In this document: piece by piece, positions 1 to 10,644 of the stretch | Position numbering within the stretch: position 1 is the first letter of the stretch | Layout of the letters: the number at the start of each line of letters is the position of its first letter | Source of the DNA: Clostridiales bacterium | Lineage (GTDB): Bacteria; Bacillota; Dehalobacteriia; UBA4068 | Assembly: GCA_040767605.1 (NCBI GenBank) | Contig: JAXGOI010000001.1 | Span: 1,720,610 to 1,784,609, forward strand | Reading direction: 5' to 3' | DNA length: 64,000 nt | The notes under the pieces: model-generated | Databases searched by the model: none | What the model saw: the letters and a program-made list of their open reading frames with translations, nothing else | Told to the model about the DNA's origin: nothing | Program-made: the position numbers and the translations under genes

Positions 1-141
1 CCTCTTTAAGTATTTATTAGTACTTAAAGAGGCCTTTGGTCTATTTTCTTATTTTAGCAACATAGGCTTTAGGGAATCCAATGGCATATATCCTGCTACC
101 TTTGCCTCCCTATTCCTAAATCTTTTTCTGGGAAACATAAA

Positions 142-1578
142 TTACGCGTCTGTAACCATATTTTCCTCAAGAAATTGGAAAAACTCATTAATATTTTTCT
201 CTTCTTCTTCAGTAGATTTCAGTGTTAAAGAGCCAATAATCACAACAATCAATGTAAATGCGGGGACCGCAATACCTGTATAGGGCAGTGTGGCAAATTT
301 CCAAATAATAAAGATTATGTAGGAACCAACCAAGGCAATCCAGGCTACCCGAGTATTGGTCTTCCTCCATAAAAATCCGGCTGCTAGAATAATGGAAATT
401 GGCGCCACCAGTGGCATGAGCCAGGTCAGCACCATATTAAAAATACCAGACATGGCGGTGAAGGAAGATGTGCCTAAGAAGCCACAAATCACTAAGGCAA
501 CTACGGCCCGGGATAAACGAAGCAGGAATTTGTCAGAAGCCTTGGGATTTTTGGCCATATAAATATCCGAAACAATCCAACCGGTAATATTATGAGCCTG
601 ACTATCAATGGTAGAGAGGGTGGCCGCCAAGGCGCCAGCTAAGAATAATCCCATAAGACCCGTGGGTAGGATCATCTTTAGGTATTCGGTAAAACCGGCC
701 TCCGGTCTTTCCAAACCGGGCATGGCGGATGCCAGTAATAGGGATGCTACCACCACGAGGCCGCCAAAGAATAGCGTAGATATGGCGTAAGCAATATTGG
801 CCTTTTTCGCTTCCCGAATAGTTCGCACCGCTAAAAGCCTGTTTCCGTGGAAAGCAAAGTTCATAAAGTGGGTTACCATTGAAGGTATGGCAATGGCCAG
901 TCCGGTCATTAGTGGATATTCTAAGCTGACAATTTTGTAGAAACGCGGATCCAAATGCCCCAGAGCCCCAATACCCCCGAGTTTAGTAATACCCACAATG
1001 ATAGCTAAAAAGAACACCGCAAACATCACCAATCCTTGCAATACGTCAGTCATCACTACCGAACGCATACCACCCAGGACTGTATAGACGATACAGACAG
1101 CAAATAAGGCAAGCACCGTTGTTTCAGGCTCCCACCCCAGAAAAACCGAGGGAATGATCGCCGTCGCATATAGGCGCATCCCGCCGTCCATAAAATAAAT
1201 TAAACTATTTGTACCGGCCACAAAATAACGAAAGTTCTGAGAGAAGCGTTTTTCCAAAAAGCCAAAAATAGTTAGGGCCCGAGTAGCCCGAATTTTAGCT
1301 GCCAAAAGGTAGGTTTGCCCTAAGGTACCAATAATTGCGCCGATATAGAAAAAAATGACGGCTACACCAAACCTATATCCATATCCAACGGCGCCTGTGA
1401 AGGCCCAAACACTGTTATAGGTAGCAAACATTGAAACAGAGGCCGCAAACCATTTGAATTCCCGATTGGCTACAAAAAAATCTAGCGGATTATTAACTTT
1501 GTCCTTGACAAAGACCCCAATTGCCACCATGGCTAATAAAAAGAAAGCTACAATAATAGTGTCTAATATAGTCCACAT
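142..1578 (-). CDS. Sodium:solute symporter (SSS) family transporter
   Basis: 478 aa, multi-TM protein with the SSS-family pattern (PutP/PanF-like). Complete ORF. Confidence 0.8.
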   Translation of the reverse strand: MWTILDTIIVAFFLLAMVAIGVFVKDKVNNPLDFFVANREFKWFAASVSMFATYNSVWAFTGAVGYGYRFGVAVIFFYIGAIIGTLGQTYLLAAKIRATRALTIFGFLEKRFSQNFRYFVAGTNSLIYFMDGGMRLYATAIIPSVFLGWEPETTVLALFAVCIVYTVLGGMRSVVMTDVLQGLVMFAVFFLAIIVGITKLGGIGALGHLDPRFYKIVSLEYPLMTGLAIAIPSMVTHFMNFAFHGNRLLAVRTIREAKKANIAYAISTLFFGGLVVVASLLLASAMPGLERPEAGFTEYLKMILPTGLMGLFLAGALAATLSTIDSQAHNITGWIVSDIYMAKNPKASDKFLLRLSRAVVALVICGFLGTSSFTAMSGIFNMVLTWLMPLVAPISIILAAGFLWRKTNTRVAWIALVGSYIIFIIWKFATLPYTGIAVPAFTLIVVIIGSLTLKSTEEEEKNINEFFQFLEENMVTDA

Positions 1579-1748
1579 AGTTATTCCCTCCCTTTTTTTT
1601 AATTTTATTGAGCTATTATTAGACCTTGCATACGGGGTTTCAATTGATAAATTAAACTAATGCTTTGATTATGTCTTTAGCCGCACAAAGATGCGGCTAA
1701 AGACATCTTTTAAATTTCCGCTAATTAAATTGCTCTATTAAACCTGTA

Positions 1749-1973
1749 TTAACCTGTTATCATATCTTCTATCCAGTAACCGCCTTCCATAATTACAGCT
1801 CCGGTAGCACAAACATCAATACATTGCCGGCAAATTAAGCACTGGGTAATATCATGGACATAGGCCCTATTCCTTTCCGGATCAAAATCCAATGCCAGAA
1901 TAGGGCATACCTCGGCACATAAACCACAGCCATTACATTTTTCTTCATCTATTTCCAAACGATAATCAAACAT
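1749..1973 (-). CDS. 4Fe-4S dicluster ferredoxin
   Basis: 74 aa with two CxxCxxCxxxCP motifs (CNGCGLCAEVCP and CLICRQCIDVCA). Confidence 0.8.
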   Translation of the reverse strand: MFDYRLEIDEEKCNGCGLCAEVCPILALDFDPERNRAYVHDITQCLICRQCIDVCATGAVIMEGGYWIEDMITG

Positions 1974-2024
1974 TCTATCCTACTCCTTTCTTTACTCCTT
2001 AATACAGTTTGTATACACTATTAC

Positions 2025-3784
2025 TTATTTTTGGGGTGGCTTAGACCAGATAAGATTCACCGGGCGTGTGTAAAACTGCATTTGTCCATGTTTATCCGCC
2101 TTTAGGAGTAAATTCTTCAACCAATTCTGATTATCTTCTTTGGGGAAATCAAGCCGCTGATGCAAACCACGGCTTTCATTTCGTGCCAAAGCGCTTTTAG
2201 CAATCATTCGCGATACCAAAATCATATTCTGGGCTTCATGGGCTTCCCTTAACTCATAGGTGTTCTTGGCGAGCATTCCAGGTAAAATCTCCGCCTCAAT
2301 CCGGTCTAATTCCTGAATCGCTATATTTAACTCTTCTTCCGTCCGAATCGGCCCTACATAATCCCACATAGTATCCTTCACCGCTTTTTTAATTTGGCGC
2401 GGATGTTTGGTATCTGCAGCTTCGTTTGCATAAGGCGCAAACGCCTGGGCCTTCTTCTCATCGATCCATTTTTCTGTAAACTCATCAAGAACAATAGGGG
2501 CGGTTTCTCTGGCTTCCCAGGCCGCATACCTGCCTGCGCACGCACCGGATACAATGCAGAAGGGGATAGACATACCCGTAGCCGCTTCCCCGGCTGCATA
2601 CAAACCACCTAAATTGCTTTTAAAGTATTCATCTGTCCAGATGCCGCCTGCTTGTTTTTCCGCTGCAGGCCCCATATGAAGCATCTTTTTCTTCCAGTCA
2701 AAGCTGCGCATCTCATTCATGGCTGTAATGCCATCATTTTCATAGAACCATCTTTCTTCCGGTACGTGGCGGAAATCCATAAAACATGAGCCTTCATCGC
2801 CCCGGCCCGCGCGTACTTCCATAGAAACGGCCCGCCAAAAATAGTGATCCAATTCCGTGAGTGGTTTATCATAACGCACATCCATAACGTCATTGGGATC
2901 TAAGGTGGCATTTGGCCCTAACCAACCATGTTCTTTTGCATACCTCTCAAAAAATTCCTCACCCAAAGCATTTTTTAGTATTCCGGAAACCCGGCCGTAG
3001 GAAAAGGGCATCCACCACTGAGGCAGACCTTTTTCACAAATGGTCCAATTGCAAAAACCCACTAATTCCATTTCCCATAATTCTACCCCGGCTCGATAGG
3101 CTAAAGCATAGCCATCTCCCGTAATACGGGTGGGGGAATATGTTCTTTTGTAGCATTGAGCGGAACCGCCGGTAGCGATAATTGTAGTTTTGGCCGTAAT
3201 AACGACAAATTTACCGCTGGACATTTCAAAACCAATGGCCCCAACTATGTTATCATCCTGACGGATCAAATCAATCAAAACCGTCTTAATCATGGTGCGC
3301 CCGCCAATTTTCTTAAAATGATTTACCATAGGCATAATAATGGGCACAGCCATAGAAACCGGGCGACCGATAAAATGCTGTGAGTATGGGTCTTCCACCC
3401 CAAAATCACGTAGTTCCTCTTGACGAAGTTTATAGTCCGTAGCCACCGTCATCAGGATCCGTTGATTGTCAATATAGGGGTAGCCCCAACCGATTGACAC
3501 CCCTTCTGTAACCGTCTTCTCAAATATTTCTTCTATCGTGCCATTATAATAATCCGCATATTTCTTCCCATCCCCGGCCCCATGATAAGGTAAGTGTTCG
3601 GGGATAATTTCCAAACCCAGACCACCTGCATAAATGGAGCTGGAGGCCCTGCCTAAAACGCTTTTATCAACTAAAAGAACATCCTGTCCGGCCCGTTTGG
3701 CTTCAATGGCTGCCCTTAAGCCGGCCATACCGCTGCCAATTACCAATACATCCACATCAACCCGTTTGCTCTCAATCTTCATTA
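2025..3784 (-). CDS. FAD-dependent oxidoreductase, fumarate reductase/succinate dehydrogenase flavoprotein-like
   Basis: N-terminal dinucleotide-binding motif VLVIGSGMAGLRAAIEA. About 586 aa from the Met after an AGGGGTG RBS; the ORF track gives a longer 601-aa version. Co-oriented with the adjacent ferredoxin. Exact subfamily (Sdh/Frd/AprA-like) cannot be resolved by eye. Confidence 0.65.
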
Positions 3785-4140
3785 TTGTAATCACCCCTTC
3801 TGTTCTGTTGACGGCCAGGCGGGCCGCCACATAAATTTTTCTTAACCGTTTTTATGCATAATCTAGAATTAAAAATTTTCGACCCTCCTTTCACCGGCAA
3901 TAAAAAGAAATGAGGTTCCGATAAAACCTTTGGGGGACTGCACCAGCTTTATTTATAATGCAAAAAACTCATGAGAAAATTAGGTGATGTTAACTGAATT
4001 GCAATTAGCAATTTGCAAAAAGCATTCGATCTTACTTAAGCATATAAATAATTCTGATCCGATATAGAAGGATTATTATTTTATTTGTTTAATTCATTAT
4101 GTAAATTATGTAAAATTTTTTAAACGGGGGGGGCTGTATC

Positions 4141-4566
4141 ATGATTACTATAACCTCAGATTCCCTGTCAATTGGTCGTGCTGCAATGCTGCTTGCCATG
4201 TCCAGAACCCTTGAAGAAGAGAATGAACTAAAAAGACTGGTTAGTTTATCTGGTATGAAATATTGTGTAACCGAGGTAAAGGGAGTTGACCAGGACTTTA
4301 AGAACAAATTCACCCGTAATTTACTTGGATCGGCCCTGTCTAACGGAGTTATTAATAAGGATTCCCACTCAATGCATGCTCTTCTTCATGCTTCCTTGGA
4401 GGCAAAAAGGTCTTTATTCCCCGATGAACCAATACATATTAGCTCCTCGATGAAAATATCTATTGTAAAAGATGAAAAATGGATATGTGTAGCAATATTT
4501 GGTGTTTGCGGTATGCATCCCCTAACAAATCACGATAGAGTCGGCCTGGGAATGTCACATATTTAG
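4141..4566 (+). CDS. hutP: HutP-family RNA-binding antiterminator-like protein
   Basis: 141 aa. Matches remembered B. subtilis HutP at GRxxxLLxx, DSHSMHALLHASLEA (cf. ESHALYHATMEAL) and the C-terminal GLGMSHI (cf. GVGINHI). RBS GGGGGGG upstream. Confidence 0.65.
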   Translation: MITITSDSLSIGRAAMLLAMSRTLEEENELKRLVSLSGMKYCVTEVKGVDQDFKNKFTRNLLGSALSNGVINKDSHSMHALLHASLEAKRSLFPDEPIHISSSMKISIVKDEKWICVAIFGVCGMHPLTNHDRVGLGMSHI

Positions 4567-5051
4567 GGTTAATTAACTAATTTTCATTAATAATCCATAT
4601 AAAAAAAGTAAACCCCCATCAAAACATAAGTTTAGATGAAGGCTTACACATTAAACATATTATCACTCGAGCGATACCGCTCTCACCTTATATGCCCAAT
4701 TATAACTTCTTTTATCTAAGGTGTCAAACATTATTTTTGTCAATTAAAGCATTAAATGCGATTATTCTGATTTCTTAAATAAATCATTAATTATAAATCC
4801 TGGATAATCCTTGGTCTTATTAATACGGAGTATTGGTTTAATGAAATGTGTATTCTTGGGAGGGCAAAAGAGTGGAGTCCATCTTAAACTTTCTCCTTTA
4901 ATATCAGGAAGATATTGCCCTGCGGCAAAAAAATACCTCACTTTTTGGGGTTTTTTTCTATTTAAATAATTCCGCTGAATAATTTTTTCGGTATAATTTT
5001 ACCGGTTTAATTTTATCATGTATTTTTATCAAGATAATTTTATTAAATTAA

Positions 5052-6494
5052 TTAATTTTCAGGCCGTAAATCCCCATTTGCCGGGGAATCCAAGAGGCGC
5101 CCCTTATAATCAAAGCGGGAGCCATGGCAGGGGCAATCCCAGCTTTTTTCATCCGGGTTCCATTCTAATTGGCAGCCTAAATGAGGGCAGGCCGTAGGCA
5201 CCAAATGCACTTCTCCTTTTTCATCTTTATAGGCCCCGATTTTGTGCCCCTCATATTCCACAATGCCCCCATGGCCCAAGGGTAAAGTGGCTGTATATTC
5301 CTTAGGCAGAGCAAAAATTTGCCTGGCTAAGCCCTTTAAAGCCTGGCCGCCGTCATAGGCTAAATTTTTGCCGGCGGCGGAAAGCTTAAAGCGCCAGGGG
5401 GAAAAGATTTCCCCAAAGGGATTATTTTTTCCTGTAATTAAATCCGCCAAAATCAGGGCCGCCGCCATGGAAGTTGTCATGCCCCATTTATTAAAGCCCG
5501 TTGCCACATACCAATTAGGAGTGGCGGCGGAAAACTCCCCAATATAGGGGATTTTATCTAAAGTCATGCAATCCTGTGCAGACCAAAAGGCCTTCTCCCG
5601 GCTTTGGGGGTAAAATTTAGCCGCCGCTTTTCTTAAAGCGGCATATTTATTTCCAGCGGAATTTTCTCCCGTCCGGTGGCCGCCCCCGCCTAAAAGGAGT
5701 AAATCACCGCTGTTGCGGAAGGAATAACCCCCTCGGTCAACGGAAAGGTACATGCCGTCTAAGGCGGCGGCCTGCTCTAAGGCCAGCACATAGGAGTGCT
5801 CCTGATGCATTCGGGCAAAATACAGGCCGTGGCTTTTAATAAAGGGATAATGGGCGGCAAAAATGATTTTTTCCGCCCGCAGCGCCCCGTGGGGGGTTAG
5901 GATATCCTGCCCCTTCACAGCCACCGCCCGGCTTTCTTCATAAATATTTAAGGTTTTAATAATTGCCTGTAAAAATTTTAAGGGGTGAAATTGCCCCTGC
6001 TTTTCAAAGCGCAGAGCCCCCGCCACGGCAAAAGGCAGGGCTGTTTTTTTTGTAAGGCTAGCCGGGATGCCCAGGTTGCGGGCTGCCTCCGCCTCTTTTT
6101 CCAATGGCTCCGCATTTAGGGTGGAATATAAATAAGCGGGCAGCTCCTGAAACTGGCAATTAATTTGCTCCTTTTTAATAAGCCACCGATATTCCTGAAT
6201 GGCCTGTTGATTAGCCTCAGCATATTGGGCAGCCTTATCCATGCCAAAATCCTCAACCAGCCCGGCATAAATTAAATTGTGCTGGGAGGTAATTTTAGCC
6301 GTTGTGTTTTGGGTTTGGCCGCAGCCGATTCTTCCTGCCTCTAAAACAATGGTATTAAGCCCCCGTTTTTGCAAAAAGTAGGCGCTTAAAGCCCCGGCTA
6401 AACCGCAGCCGATAATAGCCGCATCGCATTTAAGGTTTTCTTCCAGGCGGGGGCGCCGGGGGATTTTGGTATCCATGCGCCAAATAGATGTCAT
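5052..6494 (-). CDS. FAD-dependent oxidoreductase fused to a C-terminal Rieske [2Fe-2S] domain (B. subtilis YhfW-like)
   Basis: N-terminal GCGLAGALSAYFL Rossmann motif (DAO-like). C-terminal CPHLGC...CPCHGSRF Rieske CxH/CxxH boxes. Confidence 0.8.
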   Translation of the reverse strand: MTSIWRMDTKIPRRPRLEENLKCDAAIIGCGLAGALSAYFLQKRGLNTIVLEAGRIGCGQTQNTTAKITSQHNLIYAGLVEDFGMDKAAQYAEANQQAIQEYRWLIKKEQINCQFQELPAYLYSTLNAEPLEKEAEAARNLGIPASLTKKTALPFAVAGALRFEKQGQFHPLKFLQAIIKTLNIYEESRAVAVKGQDILTPHGALRAEKIIFAAHYPFIKSHGLYFARMHQEHSYVLALEQAAALDGMYLSVDRGGYSFRNSGDLLLLGGGGHRTGENSAGNKYAALRKAAAKFYPQSREKAFWSAQDCMTLDKIPYIGEFSAATPNWYVATGFNKWGMTTSMAAALILADLITGKNNPFGEIFSPWRFKLSAAGKNLAYDGGQALKGLARQIFALPKEYTATLPLGHGGIVEYEGHKIGAYKDEKGEVHLVPTACPHLGCQLEWNPDEKSWDCPCHGSRFDYKGRLLDSPANGDLRPEN

Positions 6495-6751
6495 ACATTC
6501 ACCCCGTTTTTTATAATTCTTTCTTTATCCTGCCCAGCCCGGCTCTCTTTATGCTTTGGCTTTGGCCTAATAAATTTTTTCGCCCTGCATATAAAAAGCA
6601 TAAAAACCTCTTAAGGGGGGGAGGAACATTTTCTTCCGCCACCCCGTCATTATAATGTGGTTTGTGAGCATTTTAAGGCTAAGTCTTAAGATTTTTCTAG
6701 ACTAATGCTTAAACAAGGGCGGTGCAAGGAGGAGCCATATTCTTTCGTATC

Positions 6752-6779
6752 TTGCTTTGTCTGCCGATTATTGTATAAT
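6752..6779 (+). promoter_or_regulatory. Sigma-A-type promoter (TTGCTT-N16-TGnTATAAT) for the MBOAT/DHHW operon
   Basis: -35 TTGCTT at 6752-6757. Extended -10 TGTATAAT at 6772-6779. Lies ~60 nt upstream of the RBS AGGAGG. Confidence 0.4.
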
Positions 6780-6841
6780 TGAATCATTGTGCATTATAAT
6801 AATTGTCTCTGTATGGGGGAAGGCCGCAGCAGGAGGTTTGT

Positions 6842-8248
6842 ATGCTTTTTTCTACCAATATATTTCTATTTGGTTTTTTACCGCTGGTTTTGAGCGTTTA
6901 TTTTTTGTTTTTGGGTAAAGCGGATATAAGGATTAAGAATATCTTTCTCTTTTTAGTCAGCCTATTTTTTTATGCCTGGGGTGAGCCAAAATTTGTCTTA
7001 GTTTTAATTGCCACCATTTTATTTAATTGGTTTTGCGGCCTTTTGATGGGGAAATACAGGTGTCAAAAAAGGCCTGCTCTTTTTCTTACCGTTTTTATGC
7101 TGATTGCTAATTTCGGCCTTCTTTTTGTATATAAATACTTAACTTTTGCCCTAACAAACCTTAACCACCTGGGGATGAATTTTACTATTCCAAGGATTCT
7201 GTTGCCTATTGGAATTTCCTTTTTTATATTTCAGGCTGTTTCCTATGTACTGGATATAAAAAAAGGCAATGCGGCGCCGCAAAAAAACCCGCTTAATGTG
7301 GGGCTTTATATTGCTCTTTTTCCCCAATTAGTGGCCGGGCCTATTGTGCGGTATAGTACCATTGCTCTGCAGATAGATAATCGCAAGACCACCTGGGAGG
7401 ATTTTTCCACAGGGTTTTGCCGTTTTATTCTGGGCCTAGGCAAAAAAGTTTTGATTGCCGATAATATTGCCGTGGTGGCGGATGCCGCTTTTAAGATGCA
7501 AACCGGCCAGCTTTCTGTAAGCTTTGCCTGGCTGGGTGCTTTGGCCTTTGCCTTACAGATCTATTTTGATTTCTCCAGTTATTCTGATATGGCCATTGGT
7601 CTGGCGCGAATTTTTGGTTTCCGTCTTTTGGAGAACTTTAATTATCCTTATATATCTGCAAGCGTCAGCGAATTTTGGCGTCGCTGGCATATTTCTCTTT
7701 CCTCCTGGTTTCGGGATTATATTTACTTTGCTATGGGGGGCAGCCGGGTAAATAGCAAAGGCCGCCTGGCCTTTAATCTCTTTGTGGTTTGGCTGGCAAC
7801 CGGCATTTGGCATGGCGCTAACTGGACTTTTATCTTTTGGGGGCTTTTTTACTTCGCTTTTGTGGCAGGGGAAAAGCTCCTGCCCCAGGCCTATAAGCCC
7901 CGGGGCATAGCAGGGCATTTTTACACTCTGGCGGTAGTTCTGGTAGGCTGGGTTTTTTTCCGCAGCGCGGATATGAATCAGGCCTGGTCTTATTTGGCAA
8001 TAATGAGCGGCCTAAGCGGGCAGGCTTTTATCAGCCCCGAAACCCTTTTCCATTTAAAGGAAAGCTGGTTTTTCTATTCCCTAGGCATACTTTTTTCTAT
8101 ACCTGTTTGGCCCCGCCTAAAGGGTTGGCTGGCAGATAAACCTCAAGCCCGCTGGATTGTGGTAGCCGGATTTGCCTGCGTTTTTCTTTTCAGCGTCAGC
8201 TATATTGTAAAGGGGAATTTTAATCCCTTTATTTACTTTAATTTTTAA
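6842..8248 (+). CDS. MBOAT family membrane-bound O-acyltransferase (AlgI/DltB-like)
   Basis: Polytopic membrane protein with MBOAT-like hydrophobic pattern and a conserved His region (WRRWHISL, WHGANW). Start chosen after the AGGAGG RBS. Confidence 0.8.
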   Translation: MLFSTNIFLFGFLPLVLSVYFLFLGKADIRIKNIFLFLVSLFFYAWGEPKFVLVLIATILFNWFCGLLMGKYRCQKRPALFLTVFMLIANFGLLFVYKYLTFALTNLNHLGMNFTIPRILLPIGISFFIFQAVSYVLDIKKGNAAPQKNPLNVGLYIALFPQLVAGPIVRYSTIALQIDNRKTTWEDFSTGFCRFILGLGKKVLIADNIAVVADAAFKMQTGQLSVSFAWLGALAFALQIYFDFSSYSDMAIGLARIFGFRLLENFNYPYISASVSEFWRRWHISLSSWFRDYIYFAMGGSRVNSKGRLAFNLFVVWLATGIWHGANWTFIFWGLFYFAFVAGEKLLPQAYKPRGIAGHFYTLAVVLVGWVFFRSADMNQAWSYLAIMSGLSGQAFISPETLFHLKESWFFYSLGILFSIPVWPRLKGWLADKPQARWIVVAGFACVFLFSVSYIVKGNFNPFIYFNF

Positions 8249-8257
8249 GGAGCCATT

Positions 8258-9463
8258 ATGGAGAAAACTTCGAAAATCATTACCATTCTGTTGTTGGGAT
8301 GCATATTCATTATCTCCCTTTTTACTTATGCAAACCTATATACCTCCCTAAAAAGCGAAAGACCTGCCCTAGAAGGGGATATGGCTTTTTTTGCCGAAGT
8401 ACAGGCCGCTATTGATTTTACTGATGCCCAATTCAGTGCAGCTATTCCCGGAGAAACATATTTTATTGAGGCTCATGGGCTTTTCCAGCGTCTGGCGGGG
8501 AAAAACTATGTGCAGGATGCCGCCTATGATCGCTCTATTATAAAGGATAACCATGGCTTATTGCACTTTAAGGGCTGGATGTACTCGGCCTCACAATTTC
8601 AGCCTGACCCCTTATTAGAGAGCTATGGCGCTTTTCAGTCTCATTTAAATCAGGCCGGATTACCGCTGCTTTATATTGCCACCCCGGAAAAATATATAAA
8701 TGGTTATACCGAATTTCCACCCACTTTGGAGAATTTTTCCAATCAGAATTTAGAGGTTTTTTTAGGCGGGCTGAGGGAGGCCGGCCTGCCTTATTGGGAT
8801 TTGCGGCGGATAATTTCCGAGCCCGCTCCGGATAAAACAGGGCTTTTCTATATTACGGATCATCATTGGACTAATGACGGAGCTTTTTTAGGTTTTGTTT
8901 CCATTCTGGAGGCTCTGGAGGAAATAGGCCTGAATTTGGATAGCAATCATTTTTACCGCAACCCCGAAAATTATAGCCGGGAGGATTATCCTCATTCCTT
9001 CATTGGTTCACAGGGACGCAGGGTAGGGAGGTTTTATACGGCTTTAGATAACTTTACTCTGATTTACCCCAATTTTCCCACAGAGTTCAGTTTTTTTGTA
9101 AATGATAATCCCCCGCGAGAGGGAGATTTCCGCTCCGCCTTTATATACGGGGAGCATTTAGAACCCAAAGATATTTATGCCAATAAATACGCCGCCTATT
9201 TAGGGGGAGATTATGCCCTGGCAACCTTAAAGAATCATCTCCAGCCCCGGTATAAGCTGTTAATTATTAAGGATTCCTTTGCCAACCCTGCCGTGACCTT
9301 TCTTTCTGCCTGTGTGGGGGAAATTAAGCTGGTAGATTTACGCTATTATTGCGGCTCTCTCTATGAGCTGGCTTACGAATATCAACCTGACGCGGTGCTT
9401 GTCCTTTATAATTCCAGCTCCCTCTCCCGCAACACCTTTGGTTTTGACGGCCCCCTGGAATAA
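8258..9463 (+). CDS. DHHW-motif protein, partner of the MBOAT acyltransferase (AlgX/AlgJ/DltD-like role)
   Basis: N-terminal signal/TM anchor and the ITDHHWTNDGAF motif. Conserved gene pairing with AlgI-like MBOATs. Confidence 0.7.
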   Translation: MEKTSKIITILLLGCIFIISLFTYANLYTSLKSERPALEGDMAFFAEVQAAIDFTDAQFSAAIPGETYFIEAHGLFQRLAGKNYVQDAAYDRSIIKDNHGLLHFKGWMYSASQFQPDPLLESYGAFQSHLNQAGLPLLYIATPEKYINGYTEFPPTLENFSNQNLEVFLGGLREAGLPYWDLRRIISEPAPDKTGLFYITDHHWTNDGAFLGFVSILEALEEIGLNLDSNHFYRNPENYSREDYPHSFIGSQGRRVGRFYTALDNFTLIYPNFPTEFSFFVNDNPPREGDFRSAFIYGEHLEPKDIYANKYAAYLGGDYALATLKNHLQPRYKLLIIKDSFANPAVTFLSACVGEIKLVDLRYYCGSLYELAYEYQPDAVLVLYNSSSLSRNTFGFDGPLE

Positions 9464-9492
9464 AGAAGACCAAAAAGCGGATTTTCCAGCTT

Positions 9493-9522
9493 AAAAAAAC
9501 CCGGCAAAAGCCGGGTTTTTTC
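9493..9522 (+). terminator. Rho-independent terminator
   Basis: AAAAAACCCGGC-aaaa-GCCGGGTTTTTT hairpin followed by a T-run. Confidence 0.8.
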
Positions 9523-9620
9523 TGTTTAAAGTTTTTACATATATTCTATGCAAAATGGCAAATACTTAAGGGTGAAAGCTTTACTGAAAGTTTAATAAAA
9601 GTTTAATAAAAGTACTATTA

Positions 9621-9649
9621 TTGACAAATATATTAAATTATGGTTAAAT
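9621..9649 (+). promoter_or_regulatory. Sigma-A-type promoter TTGACA-N17-TTAAAT upstream of the SDR gene
   Basis: Consensus -35 and a near-consensus -10 about 50 nt upstream of the start. Confidence 0.4.
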
Positions 9650-9701
9650 TTAGTAATTAGTAATCTTTTGCATTTAGATATTAATTCAGGAGGCGGATAA
9701 A

Positions 9702-10463
9702 ATGAGGTTTGAAGGAAAAACAGTTCTCGTTACCGGAGCAAGTTCCGGCATGGGCTATTCTATTGCTTTAGATTTTGCCAAAGAAGGCGCTACGGTAATT
9801 GCGGTTGCCAGACGCAAGGAAAGATTAGAAGAATTAGCTGAAGAGGCTAAGGCCATGGCCGGGAGAATCCTTCCTTATAGCGGAGATATCTCTTCTAAGG
9901 AAACAGCGGAAGGCATGATTGATTTTGCCCTTAAAGAATGCGGTAAAATTGATATTTTGGTAAATAATGCCGGCATTATGGATGAATTTAAGCCCATTGA
10001 CGAAGTGACGGACGAGTTTTGGGATAATATTATGGCCGTTAATCTTAATGGGCCCTTTATGGCTATGCGTAAAGCGGTTCAAATTATGTTAAAGCAGGAA
10101 ACCGGCGGTAATATTATTAATATATCTTCTATCGGCGGAGTATGCGGGGCCCGAGCAGGCGCGGCTTATACGGCATCTAAACATGCCATAGTCGGCATTA
10201 CAAAAAATATAGCTTTTATGTATGCCAAGCGGGGTATTCGCTGTAATGCTATTTGCCCGGGGGGTGTTGAAACAGAAGTTATGAATTCCCAGACAGATAT
10301 CAGCAAGTTCGGTTTATCCCGTGTTATGGAGGGTTTAGATGCCTCAATTACCCCGGGGAAATCGGAAGATATTTCAGCCGCGGTGCTTTTTATCGCAAGT
10401 GATGAATCCAAGTTTACAAACGGTGCCGCAATTGTTATAGACGGCGGTGTTTCCTGCAATTAA
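9702..10463 (+). CDS. SDR family oxidoreductase (FabG-like)
   Basis: TGASSGMG cofactor motif, NNAG, and the YTASKHA catalytic YxxxK. Confidence 0.9.
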   Translation: MRFEGKTVLVTGASSGMGYSIALDFAKEGATVIAVARRKERLEELAEEAKAMAGRILPYSGDISSKETAEGMIDFALKECGKIDILVNNAGIMDEFKPIDEVTDEFWDNIMAVNLNGPFMAMRKAVQIMLKQETGGNIINISSIGGVCGARAGAAYTASKHAIVGITKNIAFMYAKRGIRCNAICPGGVETEVMNSQTDISKFGLSRVMEGLDASITPGKSEDISAAVLFIASDESKFTNGAAIVIDGGVSCN

Positions 10464-10519
10464 TTTTTTACTGTATTTAGCCCTAATACGGGGTTAAGCC
10501 TTATTTTTAAGGCTAAAAA

Positions 10520-10566
10520 AGACTGCATTAAGGGGTTTATTCCCAATGCAGTCTTTGTTTTTTTTA
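10520..10566 (+). terminator. Rho-independent terminator
   Basis: AGACTGCATT...AATGCAGTCT stem followed by T8. Confidence 0.75.
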
Positions 10567-10644
10567 AGCAGCCCAAGGGCTTTATTTAAATTTGCTTTTT
10601 GTGCAAGGCCCTGGTTAAACCTGCTCTAGGATATTTAAACTTAT

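Noticed and set aside
1-32. Perfect 12-bp inverted repeat CCTCTTTAAGTA...TACTTAAAGAGG at the window start
   Set aside because: Probably the terminator of the minus-strand transporter gene. The U-tract would lie outside the window, so it cannot be confirmed.
356-790. Plus-strand ORFs (356-562, 608-790, 1454-1660) inside or overlapping the SSS transporter gene
   Set aside because: They lie entirely antisense to a well-supported membrane-protein gene. They have low-complexity Ala/Pro/Arg-rich translations typical of antisense frames and no RBS.
1681-1725. 13-bp-stem hairpin GTCTTTAGCCGCA...TGCGGCTAAAGAC between the ferredoxin and transporter genes
   Set aside because: The T-run follows it on the plus strand, but both flanking genes are on the minus strand. 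It is probably an mRNA-stabilising stem or a decayed terminator and has no recognisable riboswitch features.
2378-3834. Several 60-80 aa ORFs on both strands within the flavoprotein gene
   Set aside because: Antisense or overlapping frames of a confidently called 586-aa FAD enzyme. Compositionally biased translations.
9590-9611. Tandem duplication GTTTAATAAAA x2 upstream of the SDR promoter
   Set aside because: Two copies in an AT-rich intergenic region. Too little to call a regulatory repeat.
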